Of a DNA stretch of 64,000 nt, positions 25,470 to 38,199 are shown piece by piece. The stretch covers positions 12,646,618 to 12,710,617 of the forward strand of contig JAHRHZ010000069.1 of NCBI GenBank assembly GCA_024137785.1, written 5' to 3'. The notes beneath the pieces are model-generated. The model saw only the letters and a program-made list of their open reading frames with translations. It did not search any database and was not told where the DNA came from. This stretch comes from Ginglymostoma cirratum (Eukaryota). Positions within the stretch are counted from its first letter, which is position 1. Each line of letters begins with the position of its first letter. A program made the position numbers and the translations under genes.

Positions 25470-26369
25470 TGTGAAGACATGTGCGATTGATCTATATTTT
25501 AAAATTAATTATTTTGAACTTTTAAATTTTGAACCAGTGACAATATGGGTTTGATGTGTCTGAAGGAGTTTAATGGTTAACTTGTATGGATTTCTGTGTA
25601 CATGGTGATTTATTTTAAAACATAATATTAGAGCGAGAGTTCCTGAAGAAAATGGAGGTTTAATAAAATCGGGAGAGCTTGAGTGAACAAAGTGAAGCCA
25701 TGTTGTGTGTGAGTCTTACAGATGGAAGATTCTGGAATTATTTTTGGGCTTAGGGGTAACACTGATAGCTTAGGGGATTTTCTTTTAAATTTCAGCTTGG
25801 GACAGCTTGCGGAAATGATAGCTAAAAGGGAATTTATGAAACTGTTGCACCTTGAGAAAGGGAAGCAGTTTAGCACTGTCAAGAAATAAGTTAGCACAGT
25901 GTGAGGAATTAGTTTAACAGACCAAGACCAGAAGTGTTTGATTACAACCCTGAAGGGATTATTTAAACCTGCAAAAGTCTCAGCACAGTTATAAGAAGGT
26001 ACCAGGAAAAGGTTATCAGATTCTCAAGACAAGAAATGGAAGCCACAGCTAAATTAAACCCAACAGATGTGAAAGAGAAGGAAATTCTCTCTGGTATGAA
26101 GGATTGTAAAGGTGTGTTTTTGGAATAAATGGGATTGTATTTCATCATGTGTTTTGAAATCTTTCAGTTTGGATCATATGTATAAATAGTTTGGTTTTAT
26201 TTTATCTTCTTTCCTTATGTGTAATAAAAGTTTGTTTTATTGTTAAGCACAAATCAGCATCCCGTGTCCATGTTTCAGTGAAGGACAACCTGGTTAAAAC
26301 CAAATAAACAAGCCAGACTGCAGTCTGGGATCTAACTTGCCCAGTAATAACCCAGATGGGATCATAACA
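25470..26369 (+). mobile_element. Solo-LTR-like repeat, family A (start approximate)
   Basis: aataaa at ~26223; end gtctgggatctaacttgcccagtaataacccagatgggatcataaca; homologous to 12560-12731 and 27340-27420. Confidence 0.6.
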
Positions 26370-27829
26370 ATAGAATATAGGTATGAGTACATGAACCAGA
26401 AATTACTTTTAAAGGCTCATAATTGCTTGTTAAAGTTTGGAAACAGTTATCAAGTTTGTACTCTTCTCCCGAATGATGGTCAATAGAGATCTGGACTCAT
26501 TCCCTTTGACACCATCTGATGTCCGTTGATGCCAAGTGCAGTACTGAGCATTTTAGAGCATGATTGCACATTCTTTTTTTTCCCTCTCTGGAAGGGAAAT
26601 AGACAGACATAGAATATTATAATGCAGGGAAGACATTGGCAATGTAATTAAATCTATAGGATTTAAAATCAATATTTAGGCAAAGAGGCTATCTTTAAAA
26701 GATTGTGGCATGTTTTTGAATGTCGGAGGTTTGACAGGTAGACTAAGAAAGTGATCGAAATTCCTAAATGAGTTGGAAAAGTACGGAGGGAGAATTATGA
26801 TACATGAAAACTGATGGGGATAAGTAAGATACTCGGGAAAGAACAAAAGACATACGTGTGTTGAAATTGCTAAGGATGAATCTACAAGATGCCTTCGTGG
26901 ATGAGACAAAGATGTTTGGATTCTAAATTGTGATAAAAAATGAATTCAAGTCATTGGAAGTAATGAGAAAACTTTATCATGCAGTGGTCAGATTGCTTCT
27001 CGAATACTGCGAGGATTTTGAGTTATCAAGGCAATTAAACACGAGAAGCTTGTGGAGAAAAGGACACAAGACTGAACCTCAGTGTCACATATTCAAGTTA
27101 TGAGAAAAGATTTACACACATGTGTTTTCATCTGAAAAAGTTGATCTTCTATAGGTGTGTAAGATTGTTTCAGTCATTGTGAACCCAGAGCCTTATTAAA
27201 CTGCATGATTAGCAGAAAGGAGAATAATTTTAGAGTAGAAAAAGATAGATTTCAGAAATCCCTCACATAGGGAATGTCCATGGTATTTAATACATTTTCA
27301 GATGAAGGCTAAACTGTAATTAATATTTTTGAGGTATTTCTTTTGTGTAATAAACATTGTTTTCTTGTTAAATCCAAATCAGTAACATTGCATGCCTGTG
27401 TTTCAGTGAAAGACCACCCAGCCATATTTCATGGCTGAATGCTGCAAGGGGGACATTTTAGGATCTCACTGTGTTTACAAATTGAAACAGGCTAAATAAT
27501 CTTCCTCATCTGTGGTTTAGTAATTTGGACCAAATGTGTCAATTTATGCTGGCACAAGTTTCACACTTGCTTCATTAAAGCTGTGGTTACATTAGTACTT
27601 TGTGTCATGGGATCTCTTGGCCCACCTGCGCAGTTACTTAACCTACTTTTCATCGACTTGTTAATTGAGAGCAGACACTCTAACATATGCTAGTTTCATG
27701 AAGAATACAATAAGTCAGCAGGAATAAAGCGCTATTCAGTACATGTGTTTGAGGAAACTTTGTGGCTCCCTACATACTGCAATGAGACTTCAATCTTTTC
27801 AAAATGACCTGCAATCTATACTTCGGCAA

Positions 27830-29000
27830 GCAGAGAAATAACAGAGCACAGAAGGCCCTATTCTGTTCGCCATGCCTGTGCCAGCTGTCTGTCAGGAGCA
27901 ATTTATCTGGTGCCACTTCCTTACTTTCTACCCATAGCCCTGTACATCCTTCCTTTCCAGTTTAAAATCCATCTCCCTCTCAAATGTCTCAGTTGAACCT
28001 GCTTCCACTCCCAAAAATAGTTCATCCCAGATCATGAGTGCAAAAGTTTTTCACATGTCATGGTAAGTTATAAACCCGCGCCCTATTGTTCCAAATCAAA
28101 TGAGTTATGGGGACATTGTTACTTTATATTCTGTACCCAGACTCCTTCCTCTCCTCGGAAAGCAGTCCCAATATCTTCATTCTTATCTGTGTAACTGGAG
28201 ATCCTCATCCCTGGAACTACAAATCTACATGTTTCTCTCTGTAACACCTTCACATCTTTTCTAAGAACTGGATTTCGTTGTCCAGTTGAGGCTGAACCAT
28301 TGTTCTGCAGAAATTTAACATAACTTCCTTGCCCATTCCCCTATCTGTATATGTTCAGATGCTTTTTTTATTTAACCAGTCTCTCAAACTTTCTGGTCAC
28401 CTTAATGCACAAATGCCCCCAGGTACCTCTGTTCGTGCAACTCTTTAGAATTACACAGTTTTATACTGTCTCTCTGTGCTCTTTGAACCAAAATGAATCA
28501 CTTCACATTTCTCTGCAGTAATATCATTTGCTACTTGTCGTCAACGAAATCCATGTCCTTCTGAAATTCTACACTATCCTCTTCAAGGTTTTGTATCAAC
28601 TACAAATTTTGAAATTATACTCATTAAACCAGGGTCTGTGTCATTATTAGACATCAGAAAGAGCAAAGGACCCAGCATCAACCTCTGTGGTACTCCACTG
28701 GAGACCTGCCTCCTTTCCGAAAAATATCAATTAACCACTACGCTGTTTCCTACCACTCATTCAATTTCATGTCCATTTTGCCACTGTCCCTTTAATAGTG
28801 TAACCAGTAATCTTGTCCACAAGTCAGTTGTGTGGCATTAGATAGAAAGCCTTCCAGTTGTCATGCACATCAAGAGCATTATGCTCTGCAAACTTCATTA
28901 TCTCATCAAAACTCCAGCAATTCTGTGAAACACAAATTGCCATTCAAAAAATCCATGTTGGTTTTACAGAATTAGCCAATATTTATCCAAGTGACTATTT
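27830..29000 (-). mobile_element. Decayed CR1 LINE (RT C-terminal half and 3' UTR)
   Basis: CR1 3' end reverse complement (acagagcacagaaggcccta..); RT-like segments ttttgtatcaactacaaat (FVVDTK, cf. FADDTK) and ctgtggtactcc (GVPQ). Confidence 0.7.
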
Positions 29001-29035
29001 ATTTCATCCTACGTTCCCATTTCAAGAAGCTTACC

Positions 29036-29673
29036 TGACACTGGAGGAGGCCCAGGATGGACATGTTGTCCAGGGAGTGAGAGGGGGAGTTGAAGTGGTC
29101 CACGAATGGGAGGTGTTGTCATTTGTCATGAACCAAGCGTAGGAGCTCTACAAAGCAGTCTCCGAGCCTCCACTTGGGCTCACCGATGTAGAGGAGGCTG
29201 CATCGGGAGACAACATCTCCCATTTGTGAACCACTTCAACTCCCCCTGCCACTCCCTGGACAATATGTCCATCCTGGGCCTCCTCCAGTGTCACAATGAT
29301 GCCACCCGGAAACTGGAGGAACAGCACCTCATATTCCACCTTGAAAGCCTACAATCCAATGGTCTCAATGTGGACTTTATTAGCTTCAAAATCCCCACGC
29401 CCTGGCCTCATCCCAAGACTAGCCCCCGTCTCATCCCCACCTCATTGATCTGTCCGCCTTCTCTCCCACCTATCTGCTCCACTATCTACCTGCTATCACT
29501 GCCCTCGCTCTCTATTTATTTCAGAGCCTCCTTCCCCTCCCCCATTTCTGAAGAAGGGTCCCGACCCGAAACGTCAGCTTTCCTGCTCCTCTGATGCTGC
29601 CTGGCCTGCTGTGTTCCTTCAGCTCCACACCATGTTATCTCAGACTCCAGGATCGGCAGTTCTTACTATCTCT
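29036..29673 (+). mobile_element. 5'-truncated Penelope-like element with inverted 5' segment, GIY-YIG endonuclease remnant and hammerhead motif
   Basis: 29036-29210 on the minus strand encodes SRCSLLYIGE (YIG motif). 29211 onward on the plus strand encodes QHLPFVNHFNSPCHSLDNMSILGLLQCHNDATRKLEEQHLIFHLESLQSNGLNVDF. C-rich UTR and terminal repeat follow. Confidence 0.9.
29545..29578 (+). ncRNA. Minimal hammerhead ribozyme motif in the PLE terminal repeat
   Basis: CUGAAGA (29548-29554), A, GGGUCCCGACCC stem II, GAAAC, GUC (29573-29575). Confidence 0.7.
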
Positions 29674-29679
29674 GAGTGA

Positions 29680-30260
29680 TTTATTGCCTATCCCTGGTTG
29701 TCCTTGAGAAGGCAGCAGTGAGCTGCCTTCTTGAACTTCTGCAGTCCTCCTGTAGTGCATTGACCTATTATGCCATTAGGGAGGAAATTCCAGGATTTTG
29801 ACACAGAGATAGTGAAAGAATGGCCTGGTGTTTGCATGGTGCAAATGTTACTCTCCATCTGTCAGTCCAAGCCTGGACATTGTCCAGATCTTGTTCCACT
29901 TGAGCAGGGACTGCTTCAAGATCTGAGGAATTGTGAATGATGCTGAATTTTGCACAACCTTCAGTGAAACTTCCCCACTTTTCACCTCATAATGGAGGGA
30001 AGGTGGTTGTTGAAGCACATGAAGATGGCTGGACCGAGAACATTAGCCTGAGGAACACCTGCAGAGATATCCTGTAGCTGAGATGAATGACTTCCAATAA
30101 CCATGACCATCTTCTATATGCCAGTTATGACTCCAACTTGTAAAAAGTTTGCCCCCCCCCAATATTCACTGATTCTAATTATGCTCGGGTTTCTTGATGC
30201 CACACTAAGTAGAATGCAGAATTGATGTTAAGGGCTGTCACTTTCATCTCACTTCTGGGC
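29680..30260 (-). mobile_element. Decayed LINE fragment (CR1/L2 group)
   Basis: attgcctatccctggttgtccttgagaaggcagcagtgagctgccttcttgaac terminus, with a second copy at ~30510-30570; RT-like cctgaggaacacc (GVPQ on the minus strand). Confidence 0.6.
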
Positions 30261-30589
30261 TGGTCTTGATACTTTTTGAACAAGGCCCACACAATTTCCA
30301 TTCTCACTTCCCTTTGAATTCTTGAATGCATTAGTCTTTGTGGCTTTTCAACTTCAAAGTAGAAACTGCCTATCTAAAAGTTGCCCTTTATCATTTTTAA
30401 AACTTATAATTTTCTCAACTACTTCCTCTTTCACCATGACCAGTTATTTTTTGGATTATTTATTTATGGGATGAGTGCATCATGTTTGCAAATGTTCTGA
30501 CAGTGCCAACATTAATTTTCCATCTCTAATTGCCTTCAAGAAGGCTCTGCTGAGTTGCCATCTTGAACTCCTACACTCAATGTGGTGCA

Positions 30590-31030
30590 CATATGAACAT
30601 GTGAAACAGGAGCAGAAGTATACCATTTAGCCTCTTGTGCCTACTCTGCCATTGAACAAGATCATGCTGATCTGTTAATGTTTTGGAATTCATTTGCCCA
30701 ATTACTCCCAACGGCCTATAATTCCCCATCTATCAATATCTATCTCTGCTTTCAAGATATTTAATGAACACGCCTCTGCCACTTCAGAGACAAAGAGTTC
30801 CAAAGTTGCGCAGCCCCCAGAGAAAGGATTTCTCCTTATCTCTATCCTAGAAGGACAACTTCTAAGTTTAAAACAATGCGTCGTAGTTCTTAAACTGGCC
30901 TGTCACCTTGTGATTCAGGATCTTAAACACTTCAATCAAATCATTTGTCACCCTACTAAGCTCCGGTGGAAACAAACCCAGCATGCTCTCATATTATCTT
31001 CACAAGACAACTCACTCATTCCAGGTAACA
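30590..31030 (-). mobile_element. CR1/HER1 LINE 3' fragment
   Basis: gaacatgtgaaacaggagcagaagtataccatttagcc is the reverse complement of a CR1 3' end. Confidence 0.7.
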
Positions 31031-31789
31031 CTCTAGAAAGTTCCAGAATTTTTACCAAACAATTTTGGATAGCTTGTTCAAGTTTGGTACAAGCTGCCAG
31101 GTGTTAGTGAGGAAGGTTTAGAGGCTAGTTAAGTGTCAGGTCAAATCATTCAAGCAACCAATCAATTACGAAAACCACGCAGGACGAATTCTTGCATGTA
31201 GACTTGGAACTGTTACTGATTGTGTTTCTTTATCATTCAGTTTTGAACATGCTGCATATAGGGAAAGATTCCTAACTCATTTCATACAATGCATAATTAT
31301 TTTGTAAATTGATTAAATATTTTAGATTGTTCAAATGCTAAAAGGAGAGTTGGGAAATATTAATCGTTTTTTGAAGAGACATGTTAAACTTTTTTCTCTA
31401 ATATCTCAAACGTTTGCCTTCTTGTCATGTCATCTTCTTGTAGCCTATTGTTCCTCCACTGTTCAGAGCCAAATTAAACACCTTTGTTTCAGCTACTCGT
31501 GATTGAAGGTCAACTTCCTTAGACATCAACTATCATCAGTTTGCAGCCGTCTTAATTTGGCCAATTCAAATGCAAAGAGACATATCCAGCTTTACTTTGC
31601 ATCAGGAATACATTGTAGATAATTTCAATTTCAATTATCTTGGTATAGTTGTCGTGTTTAAAAATATAGAATACTATGTAATAATTTGAGATCAATAAGC
31701 AAGCTAATTCTGAGACAACATGAGATCTTGATAACACATGTATAATTTCATGCTCTTGTTCTGAGATTGAAGTTAGTATGGAATAGAAA

Positions 31790-32301
31790 ATCCTTTATTG
31801 TCACATGTACCTAGGTACAAATCTTAGAACAAAAAGAGGAATTAAAAAAAGTAGCTGCATTATTATACAGAAATATGACATAGTTAAAAGGATAGTCATT
31901 ACAGTCATATAAACAAATTACAAATAAACATGACATTGTAGTCTCTGAGGGCAGGAGCTTCCACATGTGGTCTGACTGCCCACACCAGACCCTTGTCTAA
32001 CAACCATTCCCGCTCCACTCCAAGCCTCTAGTCCACTCCCACCAGCTCTCAGCTGCTCCAAGGTAAGTTTTCTCCTGGAGCACGATTCCCTTCACTGGTT
32101 TCCACTTGGGACTGCTTCCCCTCACTGGTCTCCACTCCGGGATTCACCTCCAGGGCTTGCCAGCTACTCCATTCCCTTCCGGGGAAGTCAAAGTCATTAG
32201 TTGAGAAAAAAAATGGGAAGGAAGAGAAAAAGAGAACAAAGAGAAAGAAAGGGTGGAGCAGAGGAGCTTCAGCTGGAGTGTTTTACTCTGCACCACCTTA
32301 C
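31790..32301 (-). mobile_element. Second non-autonomous LINE-derived element related to 3150-3958
   Basis: Minus-strand 3' end atgtgacaataaa; 5' end gtaaggtggtgcagag..gctcctctgctc; internal ~28-bp duplication at 32086-32142. Confidence 0.5.
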
Positions 32302-33262
32302 ATGAGTTGTTGTGATTTACTGAGATTGCCATCTGTTTCTAATAAATATTTCCAAATACAAGGATTTTTTAAAAATTACATGATCCTGTGTAAACTATAT
32401 TTGAGTGTACAGCCTTACTAACACCTTGCAGTTCCAGGACACATAACTTTGAATTCACAAGTTGAATGATCAATAATTTGCCTTCACAATTTTTTTTCCT
32501 TTTGAAATCATATCAATGCCAGTGATATCTTGCAAATGGTACACAATGGAATGATTGTTTCATTAATATGGTAAACAGAAGTAAAATATTCTAAGGTCTC
32601 ATTTTATCCCTTGACAGAAGATAATTCTGTATTCCTTAAAATTATATCAGAAACTGGATCTTAAACAGACAAAGTATATGCGTGGTCAGATCCCTCATTT
32701 AAACCTTCTTTCTGGACTTGATGGGCGAGTCCTGTTTGACCTGATGTTACTTGGCTTCAGCAGGATCTTTTCCCTGATGATTTTGTTATCTCCTATAATA
32801 TAAAAAACTGAGCATGGACATTGCGGTATTGAAGAATCCATCAGCCATTGATAAACAAAAAAAGTTTTTAAGTAGAAACCTTACATTTTTCAGCCATATC
32901 AGTCTGAGCTAATATTAAGCTACGAATTTACACAGATCAGCATGTTTCCACTCTAGTGTCATGCTTCAAGTAAACAGAAGTTGGCAAATTAGGAACATGA
33001 GATCTTTAATATGCTACACACCCAGGAACAGCAAGCCAAACTGAATCAGACTCACTTTCAACACGGTGAAATTAAAATATTAAATGACCATCAAAATTGC
33101 CCAATTGTTCCTGACCAGTTTAAGAATGACAGATATCAGACATCACATTTGTACCTTAACCAGAAATTAACAATTTATTATTGACAATATAACTTAGCAG
33201 ACCAAAACTAAACAACAAGGTAATCTAATTAATGTCTGATTTAAATCGTATCTTCTTTGATA

Positions 33263-33399
33263 GAAACTGAAAAAACTGTGGATGCTGTAAATCAGGAACA
33301 AAAACAGAAGTTGCTGTAAAAGCTCAGCAGGTCTGGCAGCATCTGTCAGGAGAAGTCAGAGTTAATGTTTCAGATCTGGTGACCCTTCCTCAGAACTCC
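33263..33399 (-). mobile_element. PLE-derived short element (family 2), hammerhead plus tail
   Basis: Homologous to 7618-7749, 39913-40034 and 53079-53177. Confidence 0.85.
33358..33399 (-). ncRNA. Hammerhead ribozyme motif with a 6-bp stem I
   Basis: Minus strand GGAGUU-CUGAGGA-AGGGUCACCAGAUCU-GAAAC-AUU-AACUCU; GGAGUU pairs with AACUCU. Confidence 0.7.
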
Positions 33400-33419
33400 A
33401 GAGAAGACAGCCATGGTCT

Positions 33420-35870
33420 CAACAATACCCTCAGATCACATTCTATGATACAGTAATGATAGCATGAGCATATCTATTCAAGGTATACCGATATACTGAC
33501 TGTGAGCCATAAAACAATATGCCCCTTTCAACAAAGATTATAAAAAAATCCATGACAAATGTCGATGGTTATAAATCAGCACACATTGTCAATTCTATAA
33601 TTATACAAACTGGTAACAAAAAAGGTTCACAGAACTAACATTTTAAAGTTCAATGTAATTCTACTCATTGACAACTCATCCTGATCTGGAATCGCATAAC
33701 CATCTGGAGAGGCACATGTTATTTTCAGCTGCACCTGTTTGACAACTTGGCAGACTTGTTACTGGTTGCTGTTACGCAACATCCCCATGCAATGATCATC
33801 ATCATTGAAGTAGTCTTCTTCACTGTCATTACACATCATTAATGTGCCAGACATTGGGCACATCTGAGTTATTCCTTCACAATGTAGTATCTTGATCATG
33901 AATAAGTTTGTATGAAATTGTTTCTAACCTGGACTGTCTCCCCTGTGGACAGTTTTGTGAGTTCTCTACCTGCTCGCTCAATCTCTTTCTTTCTCCTCTG
34001 TTTTTGATGAAGACTGCCCAATGCCTTGGAATGGTTAGACATTGTTTGCTTACCAAGGTCGCATTTACCTTCCATGCATAAATTATAATGGAGAATTTAA
34101 TCCCTTCTTCATTGTTTTGCAGGGAAATGCAATGTAAAAACTTGCTTTCTTGCTTAATACATAATACCCCTTGCTCATACAGACATAAGATGTTTTCTTC
34201 AAGAGTTTGAGAGTGGATAGTGGAATGACGATGTGTATGTACCACTCTCCACTTATTAACATGTTTCTTGAAATGGTTTGTCAATGTACTGCAGTCCATT
34301 GGCTGACACTATCTCATGCAGGACATCAAATAAACTGAAAATAATACTCGTTCTATCAGTGACAGTCATGCTCGTTGTGGTGCTAAGTTGCTGAATAAAG
34401 GGAAATTAAGCAGTAATCCATCACAGAAATGCAATCTTCCCCATTCACAATGAATAGGTATGTTGATACTTTTATACAAGGAGTCAATGGGACAGAATCT
34501 GCATATAGGGGTTCTCTCCATTGTTGAAATTGGTTTATTTGGCATGCCTGACATGCATTCATAGGTCGTTGAATATCCTGGTTCATCCCTGACTGGTACA
34601 TAGACTCATGTGCAATGTGGATATAATAGCTTGGTGTAATGCTTTTGATGTTCAGACTTGTTTGCCCTTGAAAGTGATTTGTTGTGAAATAACAAGTTCA
34701 CATCTGCCTTACCTAAATAAGTACTCTTTTCAGGTACTTCGGTAATGCTATTATGTCACGTCTGGTTAAAGATTGTTTGCAACTCTTACAATTGTCCATA
34801 TTTGGCAGTTGCTGTTTGTCATTGTCCACACATCTTGAACTTTGTGGTCGAGAACATCAATGCGTGGACCAAGAGAAATATTTTGGTAGTTGGGTAATCT
34901 GTTCAGACATAATCATCCTACTAGCTCGTTTTATATCTCATTCCACATCATAGCCTTTGAGATCATTGATAAATTTGATTGCCTCACATGTAGTCTGTTT
35001 CATGCAGTGAGTATGGTTTGAATCTCGTGAATTGTGACTATACCAAGATCAGTGCTTTCTGCTAATTCTCTCACGACGAGAATGTTGGCAGCTATCAGGT
35101 ACAGGATTTCGGGAAGCCAAGGTGAGCTAGCATATGCGCATGGCAGTATTATCCTGTCGCGACACAGAACTGATAATTCATTATACTCTGTGAGAGGGTT
35201 TCTTCTATGTTACATCATGGAGTGCAAATTGCTGAGGTACATTCATTTCAGGACACATAATAGTAACATATTGGCACTAGGTCCTGTGTCAATTTTAGCC
35301 TTTTCTGTGTGCCATCCAGCCTTTTCGGGATACATAATACCATGTTACATGTATTGCCGGTACGAGTACTTTTTGACACTGAAGTCACAAGTAACGCAAC
35401 GAGGGAGTCAGCCGTATTAAGATCCTTGCCAAAGGCTTTAACTGAAAGTCATGACCAACTCATGGAGTATCTATGGCAGTTTGCCTCAGAAAATTCACAT
35501 TCATATTCTTTTACCGCAGCAACTCCAATAAACTGGTCAATAGACTCTTGTGATTGCTATCCATATGACACGAGTTCTATTAATAGAATGAATCTATTAA
35601 TTCGGAAGTTGATGCTTACCGTGAGCTGGTTGCTGAGAACTTTGCAGCACATCATTGTTTGGCGAACATTAAGTTGTACAGAACGGTATTGAGTAGCTTG
35701 GTGCCAGAAGCATATCATCCATCAAGTGACCCTGAGGCAAGTTGGAGTATGAGATCTTTATACCCTCGCATCATAATGCTCAGATACACTGATGATATCA
35801 TGAGCATGTCTCTTCAAGGTATCCTGACATCATGGGCATGAGACATTACACAATATCACCCACTTCAGAA
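33420..35870 (-). mobile_element. Highly decayed Ty3/Gypsy element (gag, protease and integrase remnants; RT/RNase H not seen)
   Basis: gag-like QESIDQFIG (~35530-35560); protease AKIDTGPSANML (35264-35299); integrase zinc-finger region MYQSGMNQDIQRPMNACQACQ..REPL (ORF 34383-34601); purine tract near 33521-33530. Confidence 0.7.
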
Positions 35871-37409
35871 AATGACATCGTAGACACAGCACAAATCTTG
35901 CAACAGCTGTGAATATATGTTTATTTCTCCCCCACTGTACTTTTAAAAGCAATCACATTTATTCATGATAATAAACTGATCAAAAGTAAACATTTTTCAA
36001 GTGTCGAAAGTGATCTTAATGATTATGTAATAGTTATGAATACGGGACATTCATTTATCCATTCTGTGCCCCGTGTGCAATAATTTTGAAAATGCCACAT
36101 ATATTCTTTCTATGGCTTTCTTTGAATGTTGTATTAACCAGTGAACAGTTTGAACTATTGTGTCCAAAATGATCCTTTGATGCTTTTCTTCTTGAGATTG
36201 TCACTTCAACTGGCATTTTAATGGTCCATTTTAATATTTACATTTCTGTAGCTATTTCTCAAATGATCATTTCAAGAAGATAATGCAGAAGCTGTTAAGT
36301 TGCAAATACCTGTCCACTGAATAGATGTTATTACTTTTTCGTAATTATCCCATCTCCTGCCCCCAGAAAAAATAATAACATTGACCATTGTAGCCACTGA
36401 TTATTATCACTTTCAGTCATAGAGCTTCAAATTGATATGATATGTTCTTGTTTCAATCATTTACGATAAATTACTTCTCACGTTTAGCTCCAGAACTTTG
36501 TTAGAACCCCCATTTGCAACAATTCTTTCAGGAATTCTTGATTTTTGCTTTCAGTGATTATCCGTGACCACTGACAACTGAAAGGATAAATGTAAGTCCT
36601 TCATTATGGAAAGTAAAACATTTCAATGGTGTTTTTACTTATACTATCTCTTTGCAATGTTTTGTGAGTATGAGTGATTATTGTATTTTCAAATAAACAG
36701 TCTGTTGCTATCAAGGTCCAGAAAGCTTGCAAAGATGATGAGCCAGATGTTTGTTCTTTCTTGTTGCTGTTTCTGATGAAACGTGTGTAATGTGAAATTA
36801 TTGAAATAATTGATCTGCTTGATCCACAGAGCAAACAGAGGCATTATTCTTATTTTCTTTGTCAAAAAGGATGGCTGATTTCAATCATGCATTGTTGCAA
36901 TGGAGAATTGGTTGAATTCATGAACTGAAACTCGTTTGGTTCGGTTTGAACACAATGATTACGTCCTGCTATATTATCAATTCTGCAATCGTGCATTTTC
37001 TTCCAAAGGAGTGTTTGAGAAAAAGAAGTGGAAACAGGAATAGCAAAGAGAGACAGATGTGTCCTTTTTTAAGAAATCAAAATTATTTCAAGACACTTGA
37101 AGTTCCTTAGCTTCAGAAAATGAAAATTACCTGCAGTACAAGCTACAGTGATAAGTAGCATGACAGAACTAAATATTTGTTTCTAAGGGGGGAAACATTG
37201 GCATTGGGAAATTAAGGATAACATTTCAGACATGTCAGGAAACAGCTTGCAGTCACAGACCGTCAAACGTATTAAGATTTAAAAAAGAACTTCAGTATAA
37301 TTTTCCATGCTATTTCCATATATTTCTTCCTTTCATGGTCAAAAATCTATTGATTGCAATCTTGATTATATTGATCCACTGAGCATTCACGCCCTCGTAG
37401 AAAATTCCA

Positions 37410-37750
37410 GTGGTCAGCACTGCTGCCTCACAGCACCAGGGACCTGGGTTTGATTCCACCCTCAGGTGACTGTCTGTGTGGAGTTTGCACGTTCTCCCCG
37501 TGTCTGCATGGGTTTCCGTTGGCTGCTCCGGTTTCCTCCCATGCGCAAGATGTGCAAATTAGGTGGATTGGCCATGTTAAATTGCCCATAGTGTTCGGCA
37601 ATGTAGGTGGGTTAACAATGGGAAATGTGGTATTACAGGGATAGGGTGGGGGCATGGGTCTGAGTGGGATGCTCTTCAGAGAGTCAGTGTGGACCTATTA
37701 GGCTGAATAGCCTGTTTCCACACAGGAGGGACCCTATGGAATTTCTATGA
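37410..37750 (+). mobile_element. HE1-type SINE, nearly full length
   Basis: tRNA-like head gtggtcagcactgctgcctcacagcaccagggacctgggtttgattcc, V-core and CR1-like tail. Confidence 0.9.
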
Positions 37751-37759
37751 ACATGCACC

Positions 37760-38195
37760 TCTCTGAATGAAGAAAAAGACAAATCTCTACTCTTGCATGT
37801 TCTCTGAGGAATCTTATTCATTTCAATGAGAGCACCTCTTGTTCTTGCAAACACCAAAGAGAAGTAAGCCTATTTTATGCAATCATTCCTCATAGCACAA
37901 TTCTATCACCCCATGAATTAATTTAATCAACCTTTATTACATCTGCCTAAAAGAAGCGCATCTTTCCTTTGATAAGAAAATTGAAACTGTGAACTGAACA
38001 CCAGATGTAGCCAGAACAAAGTCCTAAAATAATTCAGCAAAACGTCTCTATTTTAACATCCCAAATCTCTCACAATGAAAGTTAACACACCATATAAGTT
38101 CTTACCCTTGTGGTTTACTTATATGTTAACTTTCTATGATTCAAATCTCCCTGAACATCAGTATTTAGTTTCTCAGCTTTTTCATTCTTCCCGTT
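37760..38195 (-). mobile_element. Old CR1 LINE fragment; appears to continue after 39210 to ~41380 in pieces
   Basis: Minus-strand translation LNTDVQGDL typical of CR1 RT; interrupted by a younger plus-strand CR1. Confidence 0.55.
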
Positions 38196-38199
38196 AAAC

